Shown here: positions 25,301-36,179 of the stretch, piece by piece
How positions within the stretch are numbered: position 1 is the stretch's first letter
Layout: every line of letters starts with the position of its first letter
DNA from: Candidatus Latescibacterota bacterium
GTDB lineage: Bacteria; Latescibacterota; UBA2968
Reading direction: 5' to 3'
Assembly: GCA_965198115.1 (NCBI GenBank)
Contig: OZ240241.1
Location: 8,192,001 to 8,256,000 of the forward strand
Length of the DNA: 64,000 bases
Made by a program: the position numbers and the translations under genes
Notes under the pieces: generated by a model
Databases searched by the model: none
Seen by the model: the letters and a program-made list of their open reading frames with translations, nothing else
Told to the model about the DNA's origin: nothing

Positions 25301-27646
25301 TCTTCGACGCCGTTGATCAGGATGCGAGTACTGCGGGTATCCAGCCCTTTACGTTGGGCACCAACGGTGCGCTGAGCGCGGCCGATGTCGATCAGGCAGC
25401 CTACATCGACATCAACACGGGTGATCTGCGTCTCGATTTCATCTACGACGTGGGTCTGGCCGGAACCGGTCTGAGCTTCTTCGATGGCGAGCAGGTCCTG
25501 GCAAGCGCCAACCTGCGTGCCAAGTCGATCTCGGGCGGGCCACGACGGCGACGACGATCTCGCTGGACAACAGCGGGACACGCGTCTCCAAGATGATCGA
25601 CGGCAACTTCACCCTCGGTGTGGCCATTCCGGCACCCACGAACGTCAACATCGTAAATCGTGCCGAGGTAACGGGTACGGTCCCGCTCCAGGGTCGAACG
25701 ACCTCGGCGGATACGGTGACGTTCATCCTCCGTGATGTGGGCGACTTCATCCCGGTGACCGATGCGGTGTTCACAGCCGCGAACGACACCCTGCCCAACG
25801 TGCCTGGAATTCAGGTGATCACGTCGGGTGTGAACGGCGACTTCACGCTGACAGCCGTGCCGACGGGCCGTTTCGTCCTGACGGCGCAGGTCCCGCGCCA
25901 CCTGGCGGGTCAAGACACCGTGAATGTCGAGGGTGGTCTGGATGTCTCGGGCGTGCAGCCGACGCTCGACGGAGACGGTGTGGATCGATCGGCGCTGCTC
26001 GCCGGTGACGCTGCCGGATTCAATGACAGCTCAGGTGCTTCGGTGCCGAACAACGTCATCGACGCGGCTGACATCAGCGCCATCGATGCGGCTCTGTTCG
26101 CACAGGTCGGTGACGCAGACTACGATACCTTCGCGGACATCAACCGTGACAACATCGTGAACGGCTCGGACCGAGCCTTCGCGACGGCTAACGTCACGGC
26201 CAACACGGGTGTGGGCGGCGTCAAGCCGGTCTTCCCGACGTTCAAGCAGGTCGTGGTCGACGGCGACAACTCCGAAGCGCGTCTCGTCATCAGTGGCTAT
26301 CCCACTGAGGAAGTGAGCGCTGGTGAGGTGTTCGACGTCACCGTAGCCATCGAAGGTGCTGCTTCTGTCCGCACCTACGAGTTCCACCTCGGCTTCGATC
26401 CCAGCAAGCTGGCGGTCGAGGACGTGGTGCCGGGTTCGCTGTTCGAGAACTACACCGCCGACATGGGCGGCAGGGTTCGCGAAGGTGACTTCGGTATCGT
26501 GAACTCGATTCTGGGCCTGACACCGGTGGGCGCTTCGGGTGAAGCTACCCTGGCCACCGTCCGGTTCCGGGCCATCAGCCGGTCGTCCGAGACCATGCTC
26601 GAGCTGACGGACGCGCTCCTGATCGACGTCGATCACGAGGGTGCCAAGCCCGAACTGGCCGGTGAAGCGATGATCGTCCTGTCCAACGATCCGATCGTCT
26701 ACCACGACGCAGCGGGTCAGACGGTACACGGACTGATCCTCGCCGACGCCGACCCGAAGGTCGACTTCAACGACTTCGTCGCGTTTGCCCAGTCCTTCGG
26801 GACCTCCGCCGGTATGGAGGCCTACGATATGCGGGCAGACTTCAACGGAGACGACACAGTGAACTTCGCCGACTTTGTGATGCTGTCGCAGAGCTTCGGC
26901 AAGGTCGCGGTGGACGCTCCTTCGGCACGTCGCGCCGGTAAGTCTGTGGCACCAGCCGGCGTGAATACCAATGCAACGATGACACTTCAGGTGGATGGGG
27001 AAGCTCGAATGGGCGAACTGCTGACGCTGAACGCTCAAGTCGGGCAAACGCAGGCTCTGATGGGTTGGGGACTGACGGTGCAGTACGATCCCACGATGTA
27101 CGAGTTCGTGGAAGCGAGTGCGCCCGAAGGCAACCTGCTCGAATCAGCCGGCGCGAGTGCTCCGCTCTTCCCACAGCGCCACACCGGGTGAGGTGACCCT
27201 CGCCAGCGCCGTAGGCGGCGAGGGTAACCTGGCTCAGCTGGTGTTCCGTCCAATCGGCGAGTTCGAGGACGCCACGTTCGACATCGCGAACGGTATCGTC
27301 TTCGATTCCAGCCAGTTGACGAACCCGGCGGGTGCCGCTGAGGCCCTGAATGTGCGGGCAATCCCGACCGCCTTCGCACTCAACCAGAACTTCCCGAACC
27401 CCTTCAACCCCCCAGACGACGATTTCCTACGATTTGGCCGAGGGGGGGCAGGTCCACCTCGAGATCTACAACGTGATGGGCCAGCTCGTGAGTTCGTTGG
27501 TTTCGGAGAATCAGCCCGCCGGCCGCTACCAGGTCGTGTGGAACGGTAACGATGCGGTTGGCCGACAGGTCGCCAGCGGCATCTACTTCTACCGTCTGAA
27601 CACGTCCGGCTTCAAGGCGGTCCGGAAACTGATGCTCCTGAAGTAG
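22342..27646 (+). CDS. Large secreted surface (S-layer-like) protein B, about 1765 aa, paralogue of A (frameshifts near 25540, 27170, 27410)
   Basis: RBS AAGGAG then ATG 22342 and a signal peptide (MKQRLLSLIGIVLVLFLAPGNGSG-QT). ORFs 22192..25596, 25593..27191, 27118..27549 and 27350..27646 tile collinearly with protein A. Ends NFPNPFNP...RKLMLLK. Confidence 0.85.
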
Positions 27647-27658
27647 GAATAAGTTTCC

Positions 27659-27727
27659 GGAAAGGCAGTTCCTTTCCTTGGATGAGGATGGGCGGATCGG
27701 CGCTTACCAGCGCTGATCCGCCTGTCC
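27659..27727 (+). terminator. Two stem-loops after surface protein B (terminator or mRNA-stabilising hairpins)
   Basis: GGAAAGG-cagtt-CCTTTCC at 27659-27677, and GGATGGGCGGATCGGCGCT-tacc-AGCGCTGATCCGCCTGTCC at 27686-27727 (with G-U pairs). Confidence 0.65.
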
Positions 27728-27912
27728 GATATCCGGGCTTCGTGTCCGATCTCACCCCTCGGGCCTGTATCTGGGCCACTTCCTGATCCACCCCCAGGTT
27801 GGTAGTTTTTCAGCGTGACCGTGGTTTTCCCGACGTCCCATCGTTCTAGCCGTGGCACGTGTCTTGCAATTCCCGCAGTGGGCATCTCCGCATTCCACCT
27901 GGGCAAGGTTAC

Positions 27913-30900
27913 ATGACAACACTTCGCATTCCCATCCTGCTCCTGCTGCTCGGTCTCCTTTCGGGCCCCGTCGGCGCGGCCAAGAATGGTCAGTCCGAAC
28001 TGGAGCTCCGTCAGCCGAATACGACGAACAACAACATCTCGGCACAGGTCGGTGAGACCGTTCAGGTCGAGGTTTTCATCCGAGGACGTGGCGAGCAGAT
28101 TACGGGTGTTCAGCTGTTCTTCAGCTTCGACGACACGTTCCTCGAGCTCGTCCCGGTCGGTCCAGTCGGCCAATGGGCCGCGGCCCTTTACACCCGGTGG
28201 ATACATCAACGGCACGGTCTTCCGGAACGACTCCATGGATGACCAGATCGGGAACAGCAACGCAAACAAGCTCCCGTTCTACCAGATGCTCTACCAGGAG
28301 CAGGTCAGCGGCTTCGGGGGGGACCCAGGTTGCCCGGATCGGTGACGGGACGATCGCCCGGTTTTCTGTGCGCATCATTCGGAAACCGGCGAGTGGCAAC
28401 GCCAACATACGAATCGACCCGTCATCCCCGATTGGTTCCCAGACAGGCTTCTTCATTGTTTCTGATCCGGGGACGACCTATACGTTCAGGAACCTCACGG
28501 GCCTGACACTCAATGTCCAGGGTGTCGATCTGTCGGTCCGTCTGCCAGACCTGTTTCTCCTTCCCGGCACGATCGACAATTCTCTCGACCTGGACGATTT
28601 CATCGACGATCCCGTCAGCCCCGATTCGACGATCGTTTGGACCAACAGCGCACCCGATCCGGCCGGCATCGCGGTTTTGATCGATCCCACGACCCACGTG
28701 GTTACCGCAAACGCCCAGAGCTTCATTGGCATTACGGAGGTCGTCGTCACGTTAGCTACGACGCTCCAGGATACACTGTTCGACACGATCAACGTGATCG
28801 TGGACACACCTCCTACGTTCGACGAGTCGGCCTTCCCGGACACGATACGTTTTCTGGAGGATGGCACCGACTCTAGCCTTGTGCTTCAGGCTTCGGATCT
28901 GGACGATCCGGCTGGTGGAACGCTTGTCTTTGATTCACCGGACACAGCCACCAGTACCTTCGCCTCGATCGCCACGGGATCGGGTTTGAGTCGTCGTGTG
29001 ACGTTTACCGCGACACCGAACTTTTCGGGACAGGAACTGAGAACATTTACAGTAAGAGACGAATTCGGTCTGGCGGATACCACGCAAGTGCTGGTCATCG
29101 TGGACGGTGAGAACGATCCACCCGAGTTTTTCGAGCCGTTTCCGACCGTGACAGTAGGAGCCCTGGGTCAGGCCGTGTTAACGATGACCGACTTTGTTCG
29201 CGACGTGGACGACCCGTTCAACGCCTTGAGTTTCTCCTTTTCTGGCTCCGACAGTGTGGCCTTCGATGTGAGCTCCGCGAACACTCGGATGACGATCACG
29301 CCCGTGCCTCCTTTCATGGGTACCCGGACCGTGATCGTCGTCGTCCAGGACACCTCCTAGGCGACGGATACCCAAAACATCACCGTTCAGGTTCAGCCGC
29401 CCGACGATCCACAAGCCCCTCAGGTGCTCGTGCCGTTCCTAAAGATGGATGTCATCGCCGGATCGAGCCGCACCGATGCCGACCTCGACACGCTCGTGAC
29501 GGACATCGACACGCCGCTGAATCAGCTGAGCTGGCGCACTTCGCCACTCGTGCTGTCGAACGCGGACGCGAATCAGCTGAGTGCCAGCAGGGTTCTATCG
29601 CTCGGATCGACGGCCAGTGCAATCGGGTTCGAGCGGGCCACGCTCACCGTATCGGATCCCCTGAGTCTTTCCGATACGCTGTCCGTGAGAATCTATTCTG
29701 CATCTCCGGTTACGGGCATCCCCGTCGCGGGAGGCATGCCCGATCTGGTGATCCCGGCAGGCGAGGTCGATTCTTTAGATCTCGATTTCTTCTCTTTCGA
29801 TGCGACCGATGCGCAGGATCAGCTCGCGTGGTCGGCAACCGGCCAGGTGGGCGTGACTGTTCAGATTGACCCAGTCACCCACATCGCCCGCTTCGTGGCG
29901 CCGACAGCGATCACGGATCCGACGGAAGACATCGTTCTGGAAGTGCGGGATCCCGATGGAAACACCGCGACCGATACGATCACGGTAACGACCGTTCCAC
30001 TCGGCGGTGTCCTCGTCGACGCGGACGTTCTCGGTGGAACCAGGACGATCATCGTGGGGCGGCCCGACACGCTGGCCCTGACCCCCGCGCTCATCGTCGG
30101 CGACTCGTCTAATATTCTCTGGAGCGTGGAATCGGATGAGCCTTCGGTCGTTCTTGCCCAGGTCATCGGACGAACGTCGTTGCAGCTGATCGGCCTCGTC
30201 GAGGGAGACGTCGACGTAGCGATCACGGCGACGGACACCGCGAGCGAAAACAGCACGGGAGCAACCCTGAAAGTTCGTTCGCGGCGGACGATCGCCGAAG
30301 ACATTCAAGTGAGGGACATCGGTCCTCTGGTGTTGACGGCGAACCGGGACACGACGATCGACCTGGCGGCGCTGATCATCTCTGGCAACTCGCAGAACAT
30401 CGTATTCACCACACCCGGACACGCGAATATCGCCGTTGAAATCGACACGACCAACCAGGAGGCGATCATCCGACCCGTCTCCGGATTTATCGGAGACGCG
30501 GGCTCCCTCGTTTTTCAGGCCGAAGACCTCGTCACGGGTGCGACGGGACTGAGTCTGGCCACACCTGTGACGGTGCAGGGGTCGCCCAGCGAAGGGCGCG
30601 ATCTGATCGAGGTCCGGCTGCTGGTGAACCCTATTCGCAACAATTTCCTCGACGCGTATGTCATTTCGCGCCGGGATCTTCTCGCCGAGCCAACGCTGGC
30701 CATTTTGAGAGAAGGTGAGACGGCACGGCGGAATCTGAGTGTGAATCCGGTCGCGGAACTGGAAGGGACGTGGGTGGGTGACGTCGTCATCGGGGATGCC
30801 GTGACGGGGACCGTTCGGGTTTTCGTTACGGGCATCACGGCCGAAACACGAATCGCACTTACGGACACGGTCCGCATCGACATCGCCGAAGGCGGTATTT

Positions 30901-31808
30901 CGGATCAGTTCACGGTCTCGAACGAAAACGTGCTGGTCCAGATGCCATCCGGAAGTCTGAGCGATCGGGCGCACATCGCGCTTTTCGAGGGATCAGACGG
31001 CCCCGGAGTCTCCAGGGCGAAGTCAGCCGTCGGCGAGATCGTTCAGATGTCGCCCGTCTATCGTATCCACGGAACGCGTGGTCACGTGACCGAGCCGGGT
31101 CTCATCCGGTTCCTCCAGCCTGTCGAGGGCGGTGTCGGAGTTTACCGTCAGGAGATCACCGGCTGGGTTTACGTCAGCGACTACGCTGCCGAAGGCACCC
31201 CCGTGGGTTGGGTGGACGCGTTCGGGAGCTATGCGCTGTTCGCCGATCGCGTGGGACCGCAGATTCCATATCCGACGGCTTCCGAGGATGGGACCTCGCT
31301 CGTGTTCGATGCGACAGAGGCAGGCAGCGGGATCGACCCGGACCGCCTCGAGTTGACGGTCGGCGGTCAGGCCGTGACCGCATCCTATCGTCCCGGTGTC
31401 GGGATCGTCTGGTCTCCGAGAGGGACCTACGACGACGTGGCATCGGTCGAACTGGTCGTCGAGGATTTTGCGGGCAACGCGACCGTTTGGGAGGGAGACG
31501 TAGACCTCGGAACGCTGATCAGCCGTCCGCGGGAGCTCGCCCTTCATCAGAACTTCCCGAATCCGTTCAACCCACAAACGATCATCGAATTTGAACTGCC
31601 ATCCGACGGACACGTCCGAATCGACGTATACAACCTGCTCGGACAGCAAGTGCGCGGACTCGTTGCGGGTCCACAGGGAGCCGGTCGTCACACCGTCTCG
31701 TGGGATGCGCGTGACGATCAGGGCAGACTGGTCGCCGCTGGTGTTTACCTCTACCGCCTGACTGCGGACAGCCGTGTTCTCATCCGCAAGATGTTGCTGC
31801 TGAAATGA
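27913..31808 (+). CDS. Secreted protein C, about 1300 aa: N-terminal cohesin-like domain, cadherin/Ig-like repeats, FlgD-Ig/T9SS-type CTD (frameshifts near 28172 and 28320; in-frame TAG at 29358)
   Basis: Signal peptide MTTLRIPILLLLLGLLSGPVGA. Cohesin-like VGETVQVEV..ITGVQLFFSFDDTFLE. Cadherin-like VDGENDPPEF, DVDD and DPDG motifs. C-terminus QNFPNPFNP...RKMLLLK. Confidence 0.8.
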
Positions 31809-31818
31809 CCATAGGCCG

Positions 31819-32493
31819 ATGACCATGAGACATCTGACAGCGACCGCAATCCTTCTACTGTGCCTGGTGACCGCCGGATGCGGTGGGGGAACCGGAACGG
31901 GCGGCACGTTCGGATCCTCGGAGACGCTGACGTTCGAGGGCTGGGAGGCCTACCGCGGGGCGATCGAGGCCACGGATTACGATGCGGCAGAGAAGCTGTT
32001 TACCGATGCGCTGAACCTGGATCCGGCTTTCTCCGAAGCTCACAACGGGCTAGGCTGGCTCAACCTCCAGCGCGCGGGACAGGCCGACGAGGACCCACAA
32101 GAGCGCGAACGGCTGACGGACGTCGCTCGTGCGAATTTCCAGAGGGCGGTCGCGGCCAATCCTGACAATGCCGATGCGTGGGCAGGGCTGACAGGTCTCG
32201 AGCTGGCCCAGAACAACTGGGCGGCCGCCCGGGACGCCGGAAATCGAGTGCTCGCGCTTCAGCCAAGGTTCTTCTCGAATCACGACAATGTGGACTACCG
32301 AGACATTCACCTGATGCTTGCCCAGGCCTACTTGAACCTGGGGGCGTTCATCGAGTCGTCGGCCTCTCTAGATCCCAACAACAGTCTCTTTCACATCGAC
32401 TCCGTAGACCCTGGATACAAGAATACCTTCGAGACCTTGGGCCTCCAACCCTCCGACCTTATTCTCAAGATTGAGGAGCTGCAGCTACGATGA
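31819..32493 (+). CDS. TPR lipoprotein
   Basis: Lipobox VTAG-C after a hydrophobic stretch. TPR motifs ALNLDPAFSEAHNGLGW and AVAANPDNADAWAGL. Confidence 0.85.
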   Translation: MTMRHLTATAILLLCLVTAGCGGGTGTGGTFGSSETLTFEGWEAYRGAIEATDYDAAEKLFTDALNLDPAFSEAHNGLGWLNLQRAGQADEDPQERERLTDVARANFQRAVAANPDNADAWAGLTGLELAQNNWAAARDAGNRVLALQPRFFSNHDNVDYRDIHLMLAQAYLNLGAFIESSASLDPNNSLFHIDSVDPGYKNTFETLGLQPSDLILKIEELQLR

Positions 32494-33881
32494 AACGACT
32501 CGCGATCGTCTTCGCTTTCGTGTTCGCCACGTCGGGACGAGCCGATGCCCAGTCCGTTCTCGCCGAGCAAGTGCCACCGCCGTTCCCCGTACCCGCGGGA
32601 GAGGGGCTGTTCAGAGTGGCATCGGCTGAACCGCTCGGCAGGGGTGGCTTCAACATCCGAATGCTCAGCGAAGCCTATCAGATTACGGTCGACGAAGTTG
32701 GAGAAGGCACATCCGTGACCGGCCAGTTTGCCGCCGGGATCGGTCTGACGAACAATCTCGATTTCACGATGTCCATACCCGTGATGTTCGACATCGCGGG
32801 AGGTCTGACGAAGTACGGATCGGGTGATCTCATTACGTCGATCAAGCTCGGCTTTCCTGGTCGGTTTCCTGCTGCGTTCTACAGCGGCTTCGAGCTGGCT
32901 GTCGCCCATCCCTTTGGGTTCAAGGGAAGCCAGCCACTCAACATACGATCCTTCAGCCGCCAGGACCGTGAAATGGCTGCCCGCCTGATGTTCGACATCA
33001 ACCGCGAAACGATCGGTCTGCGTCTCAACCTCGGCTATCTGGCCCAATCGGGGATCCGAAGCACGGGGCTGACGTTCGGAGGAGGCGTGGAAGTCGGACG
33101 CGGGCAGATTTTCACCGTGACGGCAGAATACTCGACCGAACCGAATCTGATCGGTGGTTCGACCAACCGAGCCGTGTTCGGTGCCCACATGAATCTCTGG
33201 TGGATCCAGCTGCAGGCGGGTATTGAACAAGGGTTCAGTAACGATCTACCTGATTTCTCGGCGATCGCCGGTGTGCGTGTCCATACAAGCTTTGGGCGAA
33301 AGAACCGGAAAGCCTTCGGCGGACGCGTTCGACGGGTTCCGGTACAGAAGAACATCGACACGGCCATCAGCGTCGCGGTCGTGAACTTGCAGGGGTTCGA
33401 GCACGAAGGTGCAGGCCTCGAGATCGCCAACCGCATCAAGACGGCCCTGACTCGACACGGTCACATTCGGCTGGTCGACGTCGGGGAGGGCACGGCTTTT
33501 CTGGATCCCGATGCAGCAATTCAGCTGGCTGAGCAGTCGAGTGTGGACATCGTGATCACAGGACGCGTGCAGAGGTACGAGCTGGCGCGCGACTCCCGCC
33601 CGAACCTGCCCCTTGTCGTCGGGTTTCCCGAAACACAGGCCGAGGTCCATACAGACGTTCGAATCGTCGACACACGAGAAGATGGAGAAGTCCTCTCGGC
33701 CCAGCTGTCGGGCACGGGAAGGAAGAATCACGGAGTCCGACTTTTCCCGATCAGTCAGGATGACCAAAAGAGTTATCTTAGCGTGGTGGAACGCAGCCGC
33801 GTTTGGGATCAGGCCATCGATCAGATGGTGTCCGGTCTGCTGAGAGAGATGGTGAATAATTTCGACTGGTTCCCTGGATAA
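32490..33881 (+). CDS. Putative outer-membrane beta-barrel fused to a C-terminal CsgG/TolB-N-like alpha/beta domain
   Basis: Signal peptide, amphipathic Gly/aromatic strands over about 250 aa, then ISVAVVNLQG...VDIVITGRV...VRIVDTREDGEVL. Confidence 0.6.
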   Translation: MKRLAIVFAFVFATSGRADAQSVLAEQVPPPFPVPAGEGLFRVASAEPLGRGGFNIRMLSEAYQITVDEVGEGTSVTGQFAAGIGLTNNLDFTMSIPVMFDIAGGLTKYGSGDLITSIKLGFPGRFPAAFYSGFELAVAHPFGFKGSQPLNIRSFSRQDREMAARLMFDINRETIGLRLNLGYLAQSGIRSTGLTFGGGVEVGRGQIFTVTAEYSTEPNLIGGSTNRAVFGAHMNLWWIQLQAGIEQGFSNDLPDFSAIAGVRVHTSFGRKNRKAFGGRVRRVPVQKNIDTAISVAVVNLQGFEHEGAGLEIANRIKTALTRHGHIRLVDVGEGTAFLDPDAAIQLAEQSSVDIVITGRVQRYELARDSRPNLPLVVGFPETQAEVHTDVRIVDTREDGEVLSAQLSGTGRKNHGVRLFPISQDDQKSYLSVVERSRVWDQAIDQMVSGLLREMVNNFDWFPG

Positions 33882-34791
33882 CTAAACCTTGGTAAGCCCC
33901 CGGCTCTGCCGGGGAGACTCCCAGAGTTTGACAGTTCCAGAAATATGTAAGAGCCTCCCTTGCCGTGGACCGCTCAAAGCACACGGAAGGAAGGCTCTCT
34001 AATGAACAACGTAAGGAGTCTACGTCACACGGTATGGGAGTGCAAGTATGACGTTGTTTGGGTTCGGAAGTATCGTAGAAAAGTGTTGTATGGTGAAATT
34101 CGTCGCTATCTGGGCGAGGTGATTCGGGATCTGGCCGCACAGAAGGAATGCCGTGTGGAAGAGGGTCACCTGCGATCCGATCATGTGCACACGTTGATTT
34201 CGATCCCGCCGAAGCACTCAGTAGCTCAGACGGTAGGGTTCATCAAAGGAAAGAGTGCGATTCACATTGCTCGGAACTATCTGGGACGCAGGTCGAACTT
34301 CACCGGGCAGCATTTCTGGGCAAGAGGCTACTGGGTCTCCACCGTTGGCAAGGATGAACAGACGGTTCGGGAGTATATCCAGAACCAGGAGCGGGAGGAC
34401 CGGCGGGTGTGTCCAGAGATTTGTGTAACTGGTGACACGATTACTTTAACGGGACACGATCTTCGAACATGATGGCGAACCGGTTGATGGCCCCATTCCA
34501 ATCGTTCAGTGGCCGGGTCCATCGTTTGGAGATGTTTCGGATCGCCAGATACAGGAGTTTGATGGCGGCCTGATCATTCGGGAACGCGCCTCTGTTCTTC
34601 GTGACTTTCCGGAGCGATGCGTTCATTGACTCGATGGCGTTCGTCGTGTAGATCACCTTCCGGATCTCTGGTGGGTAGGCGAAGAATGGGGTGATGTGCT
34701 CCCAGTGTTCACGCCAGGACCGACCGATCATCGAGTAGGTGTTGTCCCACTTCACAGAGAACTTCTCCAGTTGGTTCTCGGCCTTACGAAG

Positions 34792-36179
34792 GGTCAAGTC
34801 CCATAGTCAGTTGAAAACTCATCGGGCCCCGTAGTTTGGTCAGGCTCTCTTTTGAGCATTCTGTTCGTTGTCGAGATTCAGATCTTTGTTCAGTGCTTGC
34901 CTGAGTAGGGGAAGATGTTTGTATCCGCTCACGCGTCGCAGGCGAGGTTCGATGTCGAGGAGTGCGGCAGCCACCCATCTGTGTCTCTGGGGAGAGTTGT
35001 TCCAGCGTCTGACCTTCCGAGTGAGCTCGCCGGTCCTGCTGTTGAGGGCTTCGATGCAGTTGGTGGTTCGGAAGCTTCGTTTCAGGAATGGGAGCATACC
35101 CAGCCGGTGGAGGGTCAGGGTTTCCTCCAGGCCTTCCTCGAGGCTCGTTACGGCAGACTGATTCATCAGCTTCAGTTCGGGTTTAAGTGATTCGAGTGCG
35201 GCTTTTGCCTCCTCGTAGGTGTCGCAGTCATAGGCTTTCTGGAGCTTCCGTCGAACTCTTGGACGTTCCCTCTCCGGGAGATAGCTGACGACATTCTCGC
35301 GCTTGTGCCACTGACAGCGATGCACGCGCACATACCCTTTGAGGGCTTTGGTGACAGCACTGCGGAGTCCCTTTGAGCCGTCAAGCACAACGAGAAGGCC
35401 CTGGTCGTAGCACAGGCCTCTCCAGATGAGGTCCTGGATCAGCTGGCGGCAGATCCGTTCGTTCTCCGTCGCCGATTCGACGAAGCCCAGGGGGATCTTC
35501 TGGCCGTCCATCGTGACCCCCGGAGCGATCACGATCTCTTCGTCGGCAAAGCTCTTTCCGTCAATGAACAGGGTCACGAAGCCGTAGTCGTCGAGGGGAC
35601 GCTCCTGGAACTGCTTCAGCTTCTTCGCGGTGGCTTTGATGAACCGCCGCGAGACGGAGGACGCTGAGATACCAAACGCTTCTGGAACCGATTCGGCACA
35701 GGCCTTGTAGTTGCGGCACGAGATCCCCTTGAGAACACGAAGCAACAGCCCCTCGTCCGTCTTCTTGGGCGTCTGTAGAGCCCGGTATGCAGCCAGGGAA
35801 ACCTCTGCGTCGGCCTCGACGTCGCGCACCCGGGGAACGTCTAACGGGAGCTTCTGGTCCATCAGATACACGGATCCCTTCTGGCTTCCCCACCGACGAT
35901 GCGCCTGCTCCGAACCTTTGCGCGCATACCGAACGCCTGCGAGCTGCTCGACCTCCTGCTGGAGGAGGTCTGCCACTGCCTCCAGACCCAACGGGATCAA
36001 CGCCTGGATCACCGACAAACGCGTCTCCAAATCGATGACATCGCCCTCAACCTTGACTTCACCATCGCCTACAAATAGCTTCTCCATCTGGGCTCCTTTC
36101 TTACGGGTATACGCTCCTACACGTCTACCCAACGTAAGTTTGGAGCCCTCTAAGTTTCAACTACGATAGGCACAACACC
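34792..36179 (-). mobile_element. IS256-family element (inner)
   Basis: 8-bp target duplication TTACGAAG at 34784-34791 and 36180-36187. Imperfect IRs share GGT...AGTTGAAA. Confidence 0.9.
34840..36087 (-). CDS. IS256-family transposase
   Basis: RBS AAAGGAG before ATG 36087. Motifs LFIDGK, VVLDGSKGL, HRCQWHKRENV and FRTTNCIE. Confidence 0.9.
   Translation of the reverse strand: MEKLFVGDGEVKVEGDVIDLETRLSVIQALIPLGLEAVADLLQQEVEQLAGVRYARKGSEQAHRRWGSQKGSVYLMDQKLPLDVPRVRDVEADAEVSLAAYRALQTPKKTDEGLLLRVLKGISCRNYKACAESVPEAFGISASSVSRRFIKATAKKLKQFQERPLDDYGFVTLFIDGKSFADEEIVIAPGVTMDGQKIPLGFVESATENERICRQLIQDLIWRGLCYDQGLLVVLDGSKGLRSAVTKALKGYVRVHRCQWHKRENVVSYLPERERPRVRRKLQKAYDCDTYEEAKAALESLKPELKLMNQSAVTSLEEGLEETLTLHRLGMLPFLKRSFRTTNCIEALNSRTGELTRKVRRWNNSPQRHRWVAAALLDIEPRLRRVSGYKHLPLLRQALNKDLNLDNEQNAQKRA

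Noticed and set aside
13370-27047. Long antisense ORFs (for example 13370..14515, 14648..15922, 22969..24597, 26031..27047)
   Set aside because: They are shadows of codon-biased sense genes in GC-rich DNA and show no recognisable motifs.
12953-31808. Cellulosome or polysaccharide-degradation locus
   Set aside because: No glycoside hydrolase or lyase domain was recognised, and the neighbouring genes are biosynthetic. xylA is about 14 kb beyond and separately transcribed.
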